A stretch of 64,000 bases of DNA, taken from Candidatus Omnitrophota bacterium (GTDB lineage: Bacteria > Omnitrophota > Gorgyraeia > Zapsychrales > Fredricksoniimonadaceae). A program made the translations under genes and the position numbers. The notes under the pieces are model-generated. The model was not told where the DNA came from. It made no database searches and worked only from the letters and a program-made list of their open reading frames with translations. Location: NCBI GenBank assembly GCA_044225175.1, contig JBGAJA010000004.1, positions 81,631-145,630 of the forward strand. Direction: 5' to 3'. The stretch's first letter is position 1. Each line of letters begins with the position of its first letter. Of the stretch, positions 42,501 to 50,432 are shown piece after piece.

Positions 42501-45500
42501 TCCAAAGATTGCTTCAAAGAATCAATCTTACTTTGCAGATCTGATAATTTATTGGAAGCGTCTTTTGTTTTAGATGATGTTTGATCAACTTGCTCTCGAA
42601 TTTCTCCCACTGTGCGTTCAATTTGGCGTACTTGTCCTTGGACTTGAGGGCCATCAGGCTTGGGTTCGCTTAATTTATCTGATAGTTGATCTGTGCCTTT
42701 TTTGAGGGCATTTGCTTTTTCTTGAAGATCATGGATTTGATTTAAAAGGTCTTGGATCTTGCCATCAAATTCTTTTGACGAATCAGAGGCTTCTTTGCCC
42801 TCTTCCGGAGAAGGAAGATTTTGACGCATGCCTTCGGTAGCATCTTTTTGATTAGACGAAGCACTAGAAGCTTCGCGGGCCTGATTCAAAAGATTCTGGG
42901 CTTTCGATTGGATATCTTTGGCTTTGCCTTTAAGATCATCAGCTGTTTTGCGTTGATCATCAAGCGGCTTACTCTCAATTCCAGAAGCATTGACATCCCC
43001 TACCTTGCCCTTCATCCCCTCTAATCCCTGGGTCATCTCTTCAATTTTCTTATTGAGATCACTCAGTTGACCGGCTAAATCTTTCATGGTTTTCTCAACA
43101 TCTTTAATATCATGAGAGCCGCCTTGCTTCTGCCCTTGACCTGGAATGTAGCGACCTTGAGATCCTCGGGAGCCTTGCGGCTTACCTGGCCCTTGGGATT
43201 GTCCTTGTTGACCTGAAGCTCCTGGCTGCCCCTGCTGCCCTGCCTGACCTTGTTTCCCCGATTGGCCCTGTTGACCCTGCTGTCCTTGTTGGCCTTGCTG
43301 GCCCTGTTGACCTTGCTCTCCTTCGCCCTCTTGATCTTGCGGTGTTGGCTGCCCCTGAGAACCGCTTTGGCCGAATTCTTCTTGGGCCTCATCCATTTGC
43401 TCTTGCACAGCTTTTCGAATAGCTTCTTTGGTCTTTTCATCCAAAGAATTCCAGAAATCTTCCAACTGTTGCTTTTGTTCTTCTGTCATTTGATCAAATT
43501 CACGACGCAATGCTTCCTTCTTTTCTTCTTTCATTTTACGTTGATAAGCGCGCCATCGTTCTTCAGTTTTCTTGGCTTTCTCAAAGAGTTCCAAATAAAC
43601 CGGCCAAATCTTTTCTCCAATGGCTTTAACAATTTGCGCATCTTGAATGTATTTAGGATGAAAAAGAAGTTTAAGCCAGCCATAATCTTTGGCATCATCC
43701 AAACTTCCCATTGTTCTAACAACAGCTGTTTCCAAGGCAGGATTGTTGACCCGGGGGTCTTTCATGCTTTGTTCTTGAGGATCATAATGAAACCGTCGAT
43801 ACATCAAAGAATCCAAATATTGCAGATGAAGGGGCAAAGAACTTAACAAGGCCTTGGCCACCAATTGATGGGCTTTTGTATCCCCTAAATCATATCGATC
43901 TCTTAACACCCTTCCCACCCAGAGGGAAGCCCCCTGCAAACTTTGATCTGCTTGACCTGATAAAATACTTTTAGAAGTAACGTCAATTCCAAGGCGTACA
44001 GATTTTGGAAACAATAGTGTGTCCCACAACGTCTGAGTGATGGAGTTTCCTTTAGACGAATCAGGAAGATTCTTCATAAGACCACGTAAACCAAATTTGA
44101 CTTGAGAGATAGCAATAAATGCTAATCCAAGTCCTCTCTCACGGGCCGCTTCGATCTGTCCTTCTAAATCATTTCTGGATGTACCATCATAGAGACGCGG
44201 ATAAATATCTGTGGGAACATAATGAAGCTCTCCCACATAATCACTTTTAGATTGATAACGCCACAGCCCTCTTGGTGTACCTTTAAGTTCAACTTGCTGA
44301 CCTGCCGATGTGCCGGCAAATTTGAGAATGTCATCTGTAATTTTAGCTATTCCATGACCTACTTTAGGATCTTCTGACAAGGCATAACGTTCATAAAGAA
44401 CTTGGAAAAAATCTTTGAGAAGCCGAAGCGGTTTGATGTCTGGGTCTTTGGCTTTCATCTCTGAAAAGACCCCGGCAATTAAAATACCCACCGCTCTTTG
44501 GGCTGCATAACTATTTAAGAGAAGGTCTGCTGACTGCCCTTGTTCTTCATAAACTGCCCGGGCTTCACTTAAAAGATATTCCACAGAGAAGTATCCAGCT
44601 TGACGATCAGAAGTCCCTGGATTGATCATAAATCCAGTTTCTCCCTGCTCGGCAATTTGGCGGCCTCGTTTAAATAAATCCACAGCTGCGGGCTCCTGTG
44701 TCATAGCTGCAAATTCGATTAATTTCTTTTCAAATAAACCTTCATCACCTTTGACAAAACGCTCTATTTCCAGAACACTAACTGCATGGGTAATGTCTTC
44801 CCATTTAAAGGGAATATGAATTTCACCTTGGTTAGCAAAATAATGAAAAAGTTCATGTTTTAAAGCCAATCGAATGAACCATTCAGTGGCTTTATCTTTA
44901 ACATAAACTTTCTTGGATAAAGGATCAAAAAGCCCTCCAGACATGCCAATGACACTGTTCATATTTACAAGAAGATCAGCCGCTGACTCACGCCATTGAT
45001 CAAATGGACCTATTTTAAAAAGAGGCTCTAAGAGGTCTCCAAAATAATAGGATTTCACATCTTCCCTTAATCGTTTTTTCCAAACTTCTTGAGCAGTGCC
45101 ATCAAAAAGCTCTTCTACTGTTTCATCAATGATTTGATCTACAATCCCTCGCGTTTCTTTAGATAGACCCTTGTTGCCAACTACAAGCATTTCTTCATAG
45201 AGCGCCATAAATTTACTTTCAAATTCATGAGGATTTCTAATCTCACCTAGAAAAAATAATCTATCAATCTTTCCTTGGGCATAGACTTGATGAGCCGCCT
45301 TCAATGCAGATTCAAATCCTTGTTCCGTGGTTTTTTGAGACAAAGGCCCAACTACATTAAGCATACTCTGATAAGCCACATGAAAAGCCGGTTCATCGCT
45401 ATTATCCAAAGCTATAACCATGTCTTGTTTCAATGTGAAATAATCTTTCATGACCTCCTGAAGGGAGGCTCGTTCGTAGTCTTTGGAGGGTGGACTAGAC

Positions 45501-47356
45501 ATCGCTTCATCAGTTAATCCATACTTTTTTCTTAAATTTTTTAAAAGAAAAGCTTGTCTTTCTACAATACTCCAAGGATCCTCTTCTGAGGCCTCAATAG
45601 ATTCCCAATATTCTTTATCCACATACCAAGCAACTTTCATCCCGGGATTGTTGTGCTGAATCCAAGTTAAATGTTCTTCAATCTCCTTCTTAAAACCAAA
45701 ATGAAACATACTGATGTTTTTATTTAAAATAATAATTATATTTTTATCATCAATAAGGGTCCTAAACAGATAACCATACTCCCTTAATCGAGCCTCAAGT
45801 AAGCTGATAAAATGAAATTCTATTTTCACATTAGACGTTCTATCTTGAGTGGGTGCGGTTGTGATCGCAACAGATGGTGTTTGTGTTGCTGAATTTGATG
45901 AAGTTAATGGAATAGAAGGAAGACTTTTCTTCTTCTCTTCTAAAACTTTGATGACCTCACCAAGCCTCTCAATGACCCATTGAAAATTATTGGAACTTTG
46001 TTCCTCCAACGCTTGAAAACTATCCTTAGATTGTTTTAACTCTTGAATTGCTTCTTCCACCTTCTCTTGAGAATCTAATGGCTTATCTAAAATGTTCTTG
46101 ATGGTTTGTTCTACATCTTGTCTGTCTTTCAAAGTGGGACTATGGGTCATGGCAGGATCAATGGATTTGAATTCACTTCGTACTGCAAATAAATGTGACT
46201 TCTCAAAGGATTGCATGGCTCGATCTTGAATCTCTTTAGGAACACTTGACCAGTCTTTGTACACCATAGCCTGGTCTAATGCTGCCTGTGGATTGAATCC
46301 TCCTGAGAAATATTTTCGTGCTACCATCTGACCTGTGATCTCGTCTTTTTCCTCCTTAATATAATTGAACACGCCCTTCTTATAGGTCTTAAGATAGTTT
46401 TGGAATATCTTCTCTTCTTCCTTAGGATCTTTCTTCTGTAACCCTTGGGTCTTGCCTTTGTTCACATAGGCTTTAGATAGAACACTCTTTTTTAGCTCTT
46501 TCTTGTACCAAGCTGCCAAGACCATGGAATTGACAATCTGGCGTAAGGGGGCAAAGTCTTTGGATTGGTTGACTGCTTTCTCTAACTCAGGAATCACGAT
46601 CTCACGGACAATTTGACTACATAAAAAGGTGTCAGACACCTTTTTATCCATCTGCCCGCTCAAAAAGGTGTCTGACACCTTTTTGTGGGCTAAATAGTCT
46701 TCTTCCATCATTACCTTCAATTTCACATCCAACACCCATACTGTGTTGTCTTTCATCAAAAGTGATGCCTGATCCGGCAATATCCATACCTTGTTAAACG
46801 TATTAATCGGCACATTGGTATTCCCATACTTCTCTTGTACCTTCCCATACACCCTCTTCCAGAATTCTTTCCCTATCTTTTCTTCCGGATACAGCAAGGA
46901 TGCCATGATCTGTTTTAAGATATAGTCCTGATCTAACAGCTTCATCCCCATCACTGTTTTCCCAAAATCCTCTGAGATCATTCGGTCTTTTTCATAGGGA
47001 GATAGGTTCACCCATAGGTGGTCATTGGGTATGGCTAAGGTTGAGAGGAAGTATTTGATTAGTTTGGTCGATTCTTGTTTGATGTCCGTAGGGGTATGAT
47101 TTATCATGCCCTTTAATTGGGTTTGATGAATCAAACCCCTACGGTTAGGGTTTTCATCTCCCGCATCCATCACAAAATCAAACTCAAAAGGCCGATTCGC
47201 ATGCACCTTAAGGCCCTTCAACATAGGCACATTGCCGGCCATCGCAACCTCGTAGGTTCGTAAGGGCAGGTTCCCCTGGGCATAAGTGGGCATGGGGCCT
47301 ATGATAGAGCTAACGATGAAGCAAACTAATATAGTTAAACTTAATGGGGTTTTCAT
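36587..47356 (-). CDS. Giant 3589-aa secreted multidomain protein: N-domain, HExxH, coiled coil, vWA, two AAA+, WD40, GGIDLNP C-domain
   Basis: Signal peptide ...PTYAQ; HELFH (44843-44857); DRSGS MIDAS (41948-41962); Walker A GETGLGK (40706-40726) and GKPGTGKST (39506-39532); FSPDG WD40 repeats. Confidence 0.92.
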   Translation of the reverse strand: MKTPLSLTILVCFIVSSIIGPMPTYAQGNLPLRTYEVAMAGNVPMLKGLKVHANRPFEFDFVMDAGDENPNRRGLIHQTQLKGMINHTPTDIKQESTKLIKYFLSTLAIPNDHLWVNLSPYEKDRMISEDFGKTVMGMKLLDQDYILKQIMASLLYPEEKIGKEFWKRVYGKVQEKYGNTNVPINTFNKVWILPDQASLLMKDNTVWVLDVKLKVMMEEDYLAHKKVSDTFLSGQMDKKVSDTFLCSQIVREIVIPELEKAVNQSKDFAPLRQIVNSMVLAAWYKKELKKSVLSKAYVNKGKTQGLQKKDPKEEEKIFQNYLKTYKKGVFNYIKEEKDEITGQMVARKYFSGGFNPQAALDQAMVYKDWSSVPKEIQDRAMQSFEKSHLFAVRSEFKSIDPAMTHSPTLKDRQDVEQTIKNILDKPLDSQEKVEEAIQELKQSKDSFQALEEQSSNNFQWVIERLGEVIKVLEEKKKSLPSIPLTSSNSATQTPSVAITTAPTQDRTSNVKIEFHFISLLEARLREYGYLFRTLIDDKNIIIILNKNISMFHFGFKKEIEEHLTWIQHNNPGMKVAWYVDKEYWESIEASEEDPWSIVERQAFLLKNLRKKYGLTDEAMSSPPSKDYERASLQEVMKDYFTLKQDMVIALDNSDEPAFHVAYQSMLNVVGPLSQKTTEQGFESALKAAHQVYAQGKIDRLFFLGEIRNPHEFESKFMALYEEMLVVGNKGLSKETRGIVDQIIDETVEELFDGTAQEVWKKRLREDVKSYYFGDLLEPLFKIGPFDQWRESAADLLVNMNSVIGMSGGLFDPLSKKVYVKDKATEWFIRLALKHELFHYFANQGEIHIPFKWEDITHAVSVLEIERFVKGDEGLFEKKLIEFAAMTQEPAAVDLFKRGRQIAEQGETGFMINPGTSDRQAGYFSVEYLLSEARAVYEEQGQSADLLLNSYAAQRAVGILIAGVFSEMKAKDPDIKPLRLLKDFFQVLYERYALSEDPKVGHGIAKITDDILKFAGTSAGQQVELKGTPRGLWRYQSKSDYVGELHYVPTDIYPRLYDGTSRNDLEGQIEAARERGLGLAFIAISQVKFGLRGLMKNLPDSSKGNSITQTLWDTLLFPKSVRLGIDVTSKSILSGQADQSLQGASLWVGRVLRDRYDLGDTKAHQLVAKALLSSLPLHLQYLDSLMYRRFHYDPQEQSMKDPRVNNPALETAVVRTMGSLDDAKDYGWLKLLFHPKYIQDAQIVKAIGEKIWPVYLELFEKAKKTEERWRAYQRKMKEEKKEALRREFDQMTEEQKQQLEDFWNSLDEKTKEAIRKAVQEQMDEAQEEFGQSGSQGQPTPQDQEGEGEQGQQGQQGQQGQQGQQGQSGKQGQAGQQGQPGASGQQGQSQGPGKPQGSRGSQGRYIPGQGQKQGGSHDIKDVEKTMKDLAGQLSDLNKKIEEMTQGLEGMKGKVGDVNASGIESKPLDDQRKTADDLKGKAKDIQSKAQNLLNQAREASSASSNQKDATEGMRQNLPSPEEGKEASDSSKEFDGKIQDLLNQIHDLQEKANALKKGTDQLSDKLSEPKPDGPQVQGQVRQIERTVGEIREQVDQTSSKTKDASNKLSDLQSKIDSLKQSLEQSSKKSQNQPSQSSSSNSQPASEDQPQQHKPATKDSQELSMPDKVNIPDVDDFLNSQRPTTPPVRPITVKPFDPLAAARAEEEMIKNRTGLTMDEWKEYNKWLEIEITNKGKTITVGKLIQRFTKALEVLTLPSVDITFERDLEQGAILANVVAAISGGPAFGKWKPNEPLPVKVSFVMDRSGSMGVDNERGIFPIQMARIIYFVMMSAILNHNEVRQSRGYAPIEFEVGLFVDAPGETMISHETSRKQNFRKERVLYDVWKKLNAGGGTHYASNLFKYIERLLSSQDSVSSGEKSIRILFALTDEDVDEDQKGKVHTTLQQAEDEGAHVYIIPLGNMNQVRASQLQNKEYPHRVIAPASFGDLPNAVMDSFANSIRAPAPGVSWLDSVDAAMTSDPQVQFGEMKPLGDYKHFFTQTRNGYEFLVFKRPNEEALYWQRGLGGSNVPTTTIPMTASTEDKMIKILDALYNSNHIDMSYSADHRYGLRQIEDGQIELLQKDDNHGGYTPIKVFDSVSIDIPKDDIAKELPISELQEGQWNIYKINSEKVFAYNHNDGEVIIFKKSSQWEVESRLRFNNETASDSWDGIAVRLIGETGLGKDEILMATAHLLNEEVYVMSGDGDLDVEDLESGPQSVGAEEAGTSGVIPSGLNEVMHKGGWFVIREAHKIRQSVLNSLKSHITGKTHKWPIVRDGITRFETLPNHPRARLLASVNRIRSGITGTSFEANAPMQDRFKDVEFYWDWPEDEVAWQLEYALNLARQKGIHKDDWENFRQKLQNDITELVRIAAELRLSFAGYSAQQQAVIFANRESWNLLDSNYLVQKMAQDPQIMDLFKNGPASGIAQNLKRPPSPRVIKNIITHFINFEKDWEYRPLSVIQYYYNFKAEEDRNNTYQGALHAFKAWRIDSPNKPPLEFKESSFKVDGDYLIITPSGASAEFWDPIRVPLHPKAEIRSGRLPSEIKEWIESAKNSLKLYVYLQGHGLGKHAIFVGKPGTGKSTMTFAIQKLLNAPGILKAEINEETRRYHLTFSRALKSFRTRFFPGILPSIMDDGHGHGQILNMDESNQGRPSVLSLLNEYAERNMIHDPTKESQVTFGQPGSGIIHTINRPGSGERIKSFPDDFIERHMVIDFEDMPPQEMVYYLNEAAVGKSIVDSLQFAVNPHLIGEPKLDAGGKPKKYPDGEIEYSGIIGIAQEISRRQIKDPTFFPRNKEISIRNLKSFVKAIVRQFNYRQSKGIISQKILLDLLLENLTLEGDAANLIRWRSNIVQVFIDQGLFSKDPTKNALEDFLKGEGVLVQNLPVIREPQTGFEDIDRVLRFLQTNTMGNIDRQIETLQQRLEILFDEMTVQQNVTIQNNAPAGSNLTLPTLVTIGEKIKRFNMARDAYQVLGVILDKRCDITLPPAHTQENRARIDNLRAIIRTAIIAKKGWPSKFLEEGADWILKLRLDEMVINKTTGNQMTRLQSFEQMLYGLQEYGVRTFYLKDSAMNALRDNARDVKDIIEGILKRPQDTIKDVQGIIDLLEVQKGHLETLAGGDVHVFSEAIALLNEEIGKLKTRKELLATASVPVVSGRKIDDKFKPVKVDAKEQLEILPKDQIGAPKKLGNYRGFVRSAAFSPNGKQVATAHEDGKVRIWSVRTGKLLRVFEGHEKNYQVFSVAFSPDGQRIISGSQDNTARIWSVKTGKVIKKLNSPKPVMRVAFSPDGRLALAASWDNVIVWDSKTRQKISTSISAVERAPLEAFAFSPDASKVAVPSDDGNIDLLDVTTGVKIMTYVGNKREVLAVAFSPDGRRIAIASDDHIVKVWNVSTGKVLKNINVQSDESARFNITLIFSTDGSKILTSTEDGRMKVYDVITGNQIMTFHAGTDYNFVFIAFHPDGKSFIGTTVGLAAIYQLFKSSAPSDRAMLKESDLGGIDLNPDVLKVDVKNQGQTPDLGNSNIPLEFKEIIGLVPIIKDITPMPLPDFVQNHKS
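46184..47280. repeat. ~1.1-kb near-identical duplicate of the N-domain coding region (copy at ~35417-36517)
   Basis: Long runs of base-for-base identity read directly between the two regions. Confidence 0.92.
46623..46684. repeat. Pair of 23-bp palindromes in frame (KKVSDTF x2)
   Basis: 46623-46645 and 46662-46684, 16-bp spacer. Confidence 0.95.
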
Positions 47357-47525
47357 ATATCCTTTACTCTTTAATGACTACCTAAAGTAAAGCATATATA
47401 TAAGGGATATTCAAGGGCTGGCAAGGCATTCAAAGAAAACGTTTTCTCTGTGTATAAAAGAGGTTTTAATCAAATTATTTTTATTAAAGGAAAAGATAAA
47501 AAAACTATTCTGATTTTGCAGGTTT

Positions 47526-48107
47526 TTAGGAAGATAAGATATATTTGGCTAAAATATCAGTTTCAATATTAATACTATGACCTACCATTTTAGAACCTAG
47601 ATTAGTGACTTTTAAAGTGTATGGAATCAAATAAACCTGGAAAGCATTCTTTTCTACTTTACCTACAGTCAAACTGATTCCATCTAAAGTCACAGAACCT
47701 TTATGGACCAGATATTTTTGATTGGCTTTTGAAATGCTAACGGTGATACTTACCCAATTCTTGGATTTTTCAATGGCCTTGATTGTTCCTAATTCATCAA
47801 CATGACCTGTGACAAAATGCCCGCCAAATCGACTGTCGGATTTGAGAGCTAACTCTAGATTAACTTTGCTGCCTATTGTAATTTCTTTAAGGGAGGTCTT
47901 TTCAATTGTCTCCTTCATTAAATCAAAAGAAACAATCTTTCCCTTCTTTAGCGTTGCTGTCAGGCAGACTCCATTGATGGCCACACTGTCTCCTAATTTG
48001 ATTTTAGAAGCCAGCATGCCCACATCTACTGTAAGAATAATCAGGTTCTTTTTAAGCTCAATGCCTTTAATAATCCCGAGCTGTTCAATGATTCCCGTAA
48101 ACAACAT
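47526..48107 (-). CDS. ribE: Riboflavin synthase (alpha chain)
   Basis: FTGIIE, SVAINGVCLT, GGHFVTGHVD, DGISLTV. Confidence 0.95.
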   Translation of the reverse strand: MLFTGIIEQLGIIKGIELKKNLIILTVDVGMLASKIKLGDSVAINGVCLTATLKKGKIVSFDLMKETIEKTSLKEITIGSKVNLELALKSDSRFGGHFVTGHVDELGTIKAIEKSKNWVSITVSISKANQKYLVHKGSVTLDGISLTVGKVEKNAFQVYLIPYTLKVTNLGSKMVGHSINIETDILAKYILSS

Positions 48108-49179
48108 GACCTCCTATAAAAATATCATCACCTAGTTTTCCGACGGAGACATCCTTAAGATTAAGCGCTTGATCCACTTTTTTTAAATTGAATCCTCGAA
48201 TACTGTCTAACGCATGTTCATCTCCCATGATCTTAGGGGCTATGATGCAATAATAGTGATCGACCAATTTGTTCTTGAGTGCCCTGCCAATAACCATAGA
48301 ACCGCCTTCAATTAAAACACTCGCAATTTCTCTTTTAGCTAATTCTTTAAATGTCCAAACCATATCCACATGACGACCTTTAGAAGGAGCCACAATAACT
48401 TGCGCCTTCTTGGATAGCAAATTTATTTTTTGCTGACTGGCCTTATTTGTTGTGACAATTAAAACATGTTCGGGGCTTGTTCCTTCAAAAAGCTTAGCTT
48501 TAAGAGGTATTTGAAGAGTAGAGTCCAGGACCACCTTATTGATTAATTTCTTAGGCTCGCTGTTGAGTCTGGGATTATCTTTAAGGACCGTATTAATCCC
48601 CACCAAAATGGCATCAAAACCAAAACGCATTTGATGCGCCCACTTTCGAGCCATGGGACTGGTGATCCATTGGCTGTGACCTGTGTGTGCAGCTATTTTC
48701 CCGTCTAGGGTTTGGGCTGTCTTAGCTACAACAAAGGGCATCTTGTGGGTGATATATTTGTTGAACGCTTCATTGAGTTGGACCAACTCCTCTTGAAGAA
48801 ATCCTGATTCAACCTTGATTCCTGCCTTCTTTAAAATACCAGAAGCCTTGCCACGATTGACTGGATTAGGGTCTAATACCCCGACGACAACCTTGGCAAT
48901 ACCCGCTTGAATAATGGCCTCTGTACAAGGAGGCGTTCGGCCAAAATGGGAGCAAGGTTCAAGTGTGACATACAACGTTGCACCTTTGGCTTTAGCTCCT
49001 GCTTTCTTTAAAGCATCAACCTCCGCATGGTCCCCTCCGCATCGTTTATGCCAACCTTGAGCAATAACTTTGCCCCCTTTAACAATGACTGCGCCAACCA
49101 TAGGATTAGGCGAAGTTAATCCCCAGCCTTTTTTAGCTAGATCTAATGCCAGGGATATATATTTATCGTGTGGGTCCAT
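48085..49179 (-). CDS. ribD: Bifunctional deaminase/reductase of riboflavin synthesis
   Basis: SPNPMVGAV, HAE, TLEPCSHFGRTPPC, TLDGKIA, IEGG. Confidence 0.96.
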   Translation of the reverse strand: MDPHDKYISLALDLAKKGWGLTSPNPMVGAVIVKGGKVIAQGWHKRCGGDHAEVDALKKAGAKAKGATLYVTLEPCSHFGRTPPCTEAIIQAGIAKVVVGVLDPNPVNRGKASGILKKAGIKVESGFLQEELVQLNEAFNKYITHKMPFVVAKTAQTLDGKIAAHTGHSQWITSPMARKWAHQMRFGFDAILVGINTVLKDNPRLNSEPKKLINKVVLDSTLQIPLKAKLFEGTSPEHVLIVTTNKASQQKINLLSKKAQVIVAPSKGRHVDMVWTFKELAKREIASVLIEGGSMVIGRALKNKLVDHYYCIIAPKIMGDEHALDSIRGFNLKKVDQALNLKDVSVGKLGDDIFIGGHVVYGNH

Positions 49180-50020
49180 GGGATAATTTTTGTTTCATTT
49201 GTTCAACAGTCTCATAGGAAATGGAAGCTTTTCCGACGTAAGTATAGACTTTAGCTTTACCATGGGCATCTGATCCGCCTGTCATTAAAAGATTGTGTTT
49301 CTTAGCAATCTTTTCATAGATACTTGTGACAATTGGCATGCAGTTTGGGTAATACACTTCTAGACCATCCATTCCATGCTTAACCAAACGAGAAATCAGC
49401 TCATCTTTTTGAGTGAGCATAGGATGCGCCATAACAGCCAGACCGCCGCTTTGATGGATTAAATCGATGGCTTCAAAAGGCGTTTGTTGAAATTTGGGGG
49501 CAAATCCAGGACGGTCTTGGGACAAAAATTTATCAAACACTTCTTTCACATTCTTAGCATGGCCCTTTTGAATCAATAATGTAGCCAAATGCATACGTCC
49601 AACTGCCCGAGACTTAGTCAACGCGGCGGCCTCTTCAAACTCAATATCCTTAATTCCGACTGTCTTTAAGTTCATGATCATCTGCTTCATACGCTCTACC
49701 CTTCCGTCGAGAAATGACTCAATTCTCTCAACAAGAGGGCCTTTATGAATATCGACAAAATACCCTAACATATGAATATCTTTGCCCTCAAATTCGGAAG
49801 AAAGCTCAATACCTGCGATGACCTCCAAATTATGACCTTTAGCTGCCTCCTGTGTTGGAAGAACACCATCAACAACATCATGATCTGTGATGGCAATACA
49901 GGACATCCCATTTTTAGTTGCTTCAAAAACAACTTCTTCTGGAGACATAGTACTGTCTGAGTAATAGGTGTGAATGTGTAAATCCGCCAAGGATGGCATG
50001 GGCTTAATTTCGTGGTTCAA
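49163..50020 (-). CDS. PHP-domain phosphoesterase (TrpH/YciV-like)
   Basis: [25 protein letters not shown]. Confidence 0.9.
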   Translation of the reverse strand: MNHEIKPMPSLADLHIHTYYSDSTMSPEEVVFEATKNGMSCIAITDHDVVDGVLPTQEAAKGHNLEVIAGIELSSEFEGKDIHMLGYFVDIHKGPLVERIESFLDGRVERMKQMIMNLKTVGIKDIEFEEAAALTKSRAVGRMHLATLLIQKGHAKNVKEVFDKFLSQDRPGFAPKFQQTPFEAIDLIHQSGGLAVMAHPMLTQKDELISRLVKHGMDGLEVYYPNCMPIVTSIYEKIAKKHNLLMTGGSDAHGKAKVYTYVGKASISYETVEQMKQKLSHGPTR

Positions 50021-50426
50021 CGATTTCTTTTTTGTGAATTTTATCTAAAATCCCGTTGACGAATTTGCTGGATTCTAAATCCCCATATTTCTTTGCCAAT
50101 TCAACAGCTTCGTTGATAGCAACTTTTGGAGGTATATCTGTAGTATGCTGTAATTCAAAAAGACCGATTCTCATGACATTACGATCAATCACAGCCATAC
50201 GTTTCAGCTGCCAGTTGGTCGCATACTGGGAAATCTTCTCATCAATGACTTTATAATCCTTTAATACGCCTGTGACAACCATCTTGGCGTACGTCATGAC
50301 TTCTTCATCGGAAACTTCTTCCATCTTCCAATAATCCGCTAAAATTAAATCCAAATCACGATGAGTGATCTCAACTTGATATAAAATCTTTAACGCATGT
50401 TCACGGGCTAATGTTCTTCGGCGCAT
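50004..50426 (-). CDS. nusB: Transcription antitermination factor NusB
   Basis: [28 protein letters not shown]. Confidence 0.96.
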   Translation of the reverse strand: MRRRTLAREHALKILYQVEITHRDLDLILADYWKMEEVSDEEVMTYAKMVVTGVLKDYKVIDEKISQYATNWQLKRMAVIDRNVMRIGLFELQHTTDIPPKVAINEAVELAKKYGDLESSKFVNGILDKIHKKEIVEPRN

Positions 50427-50432
50427 ATTTAT

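Noticed and set aside
43084-43846. 118-aa and 198-aa ORFs over the QQG region
   Set aside because: Alternative-frame products of the low-complexity linker in the 3589-aa gene
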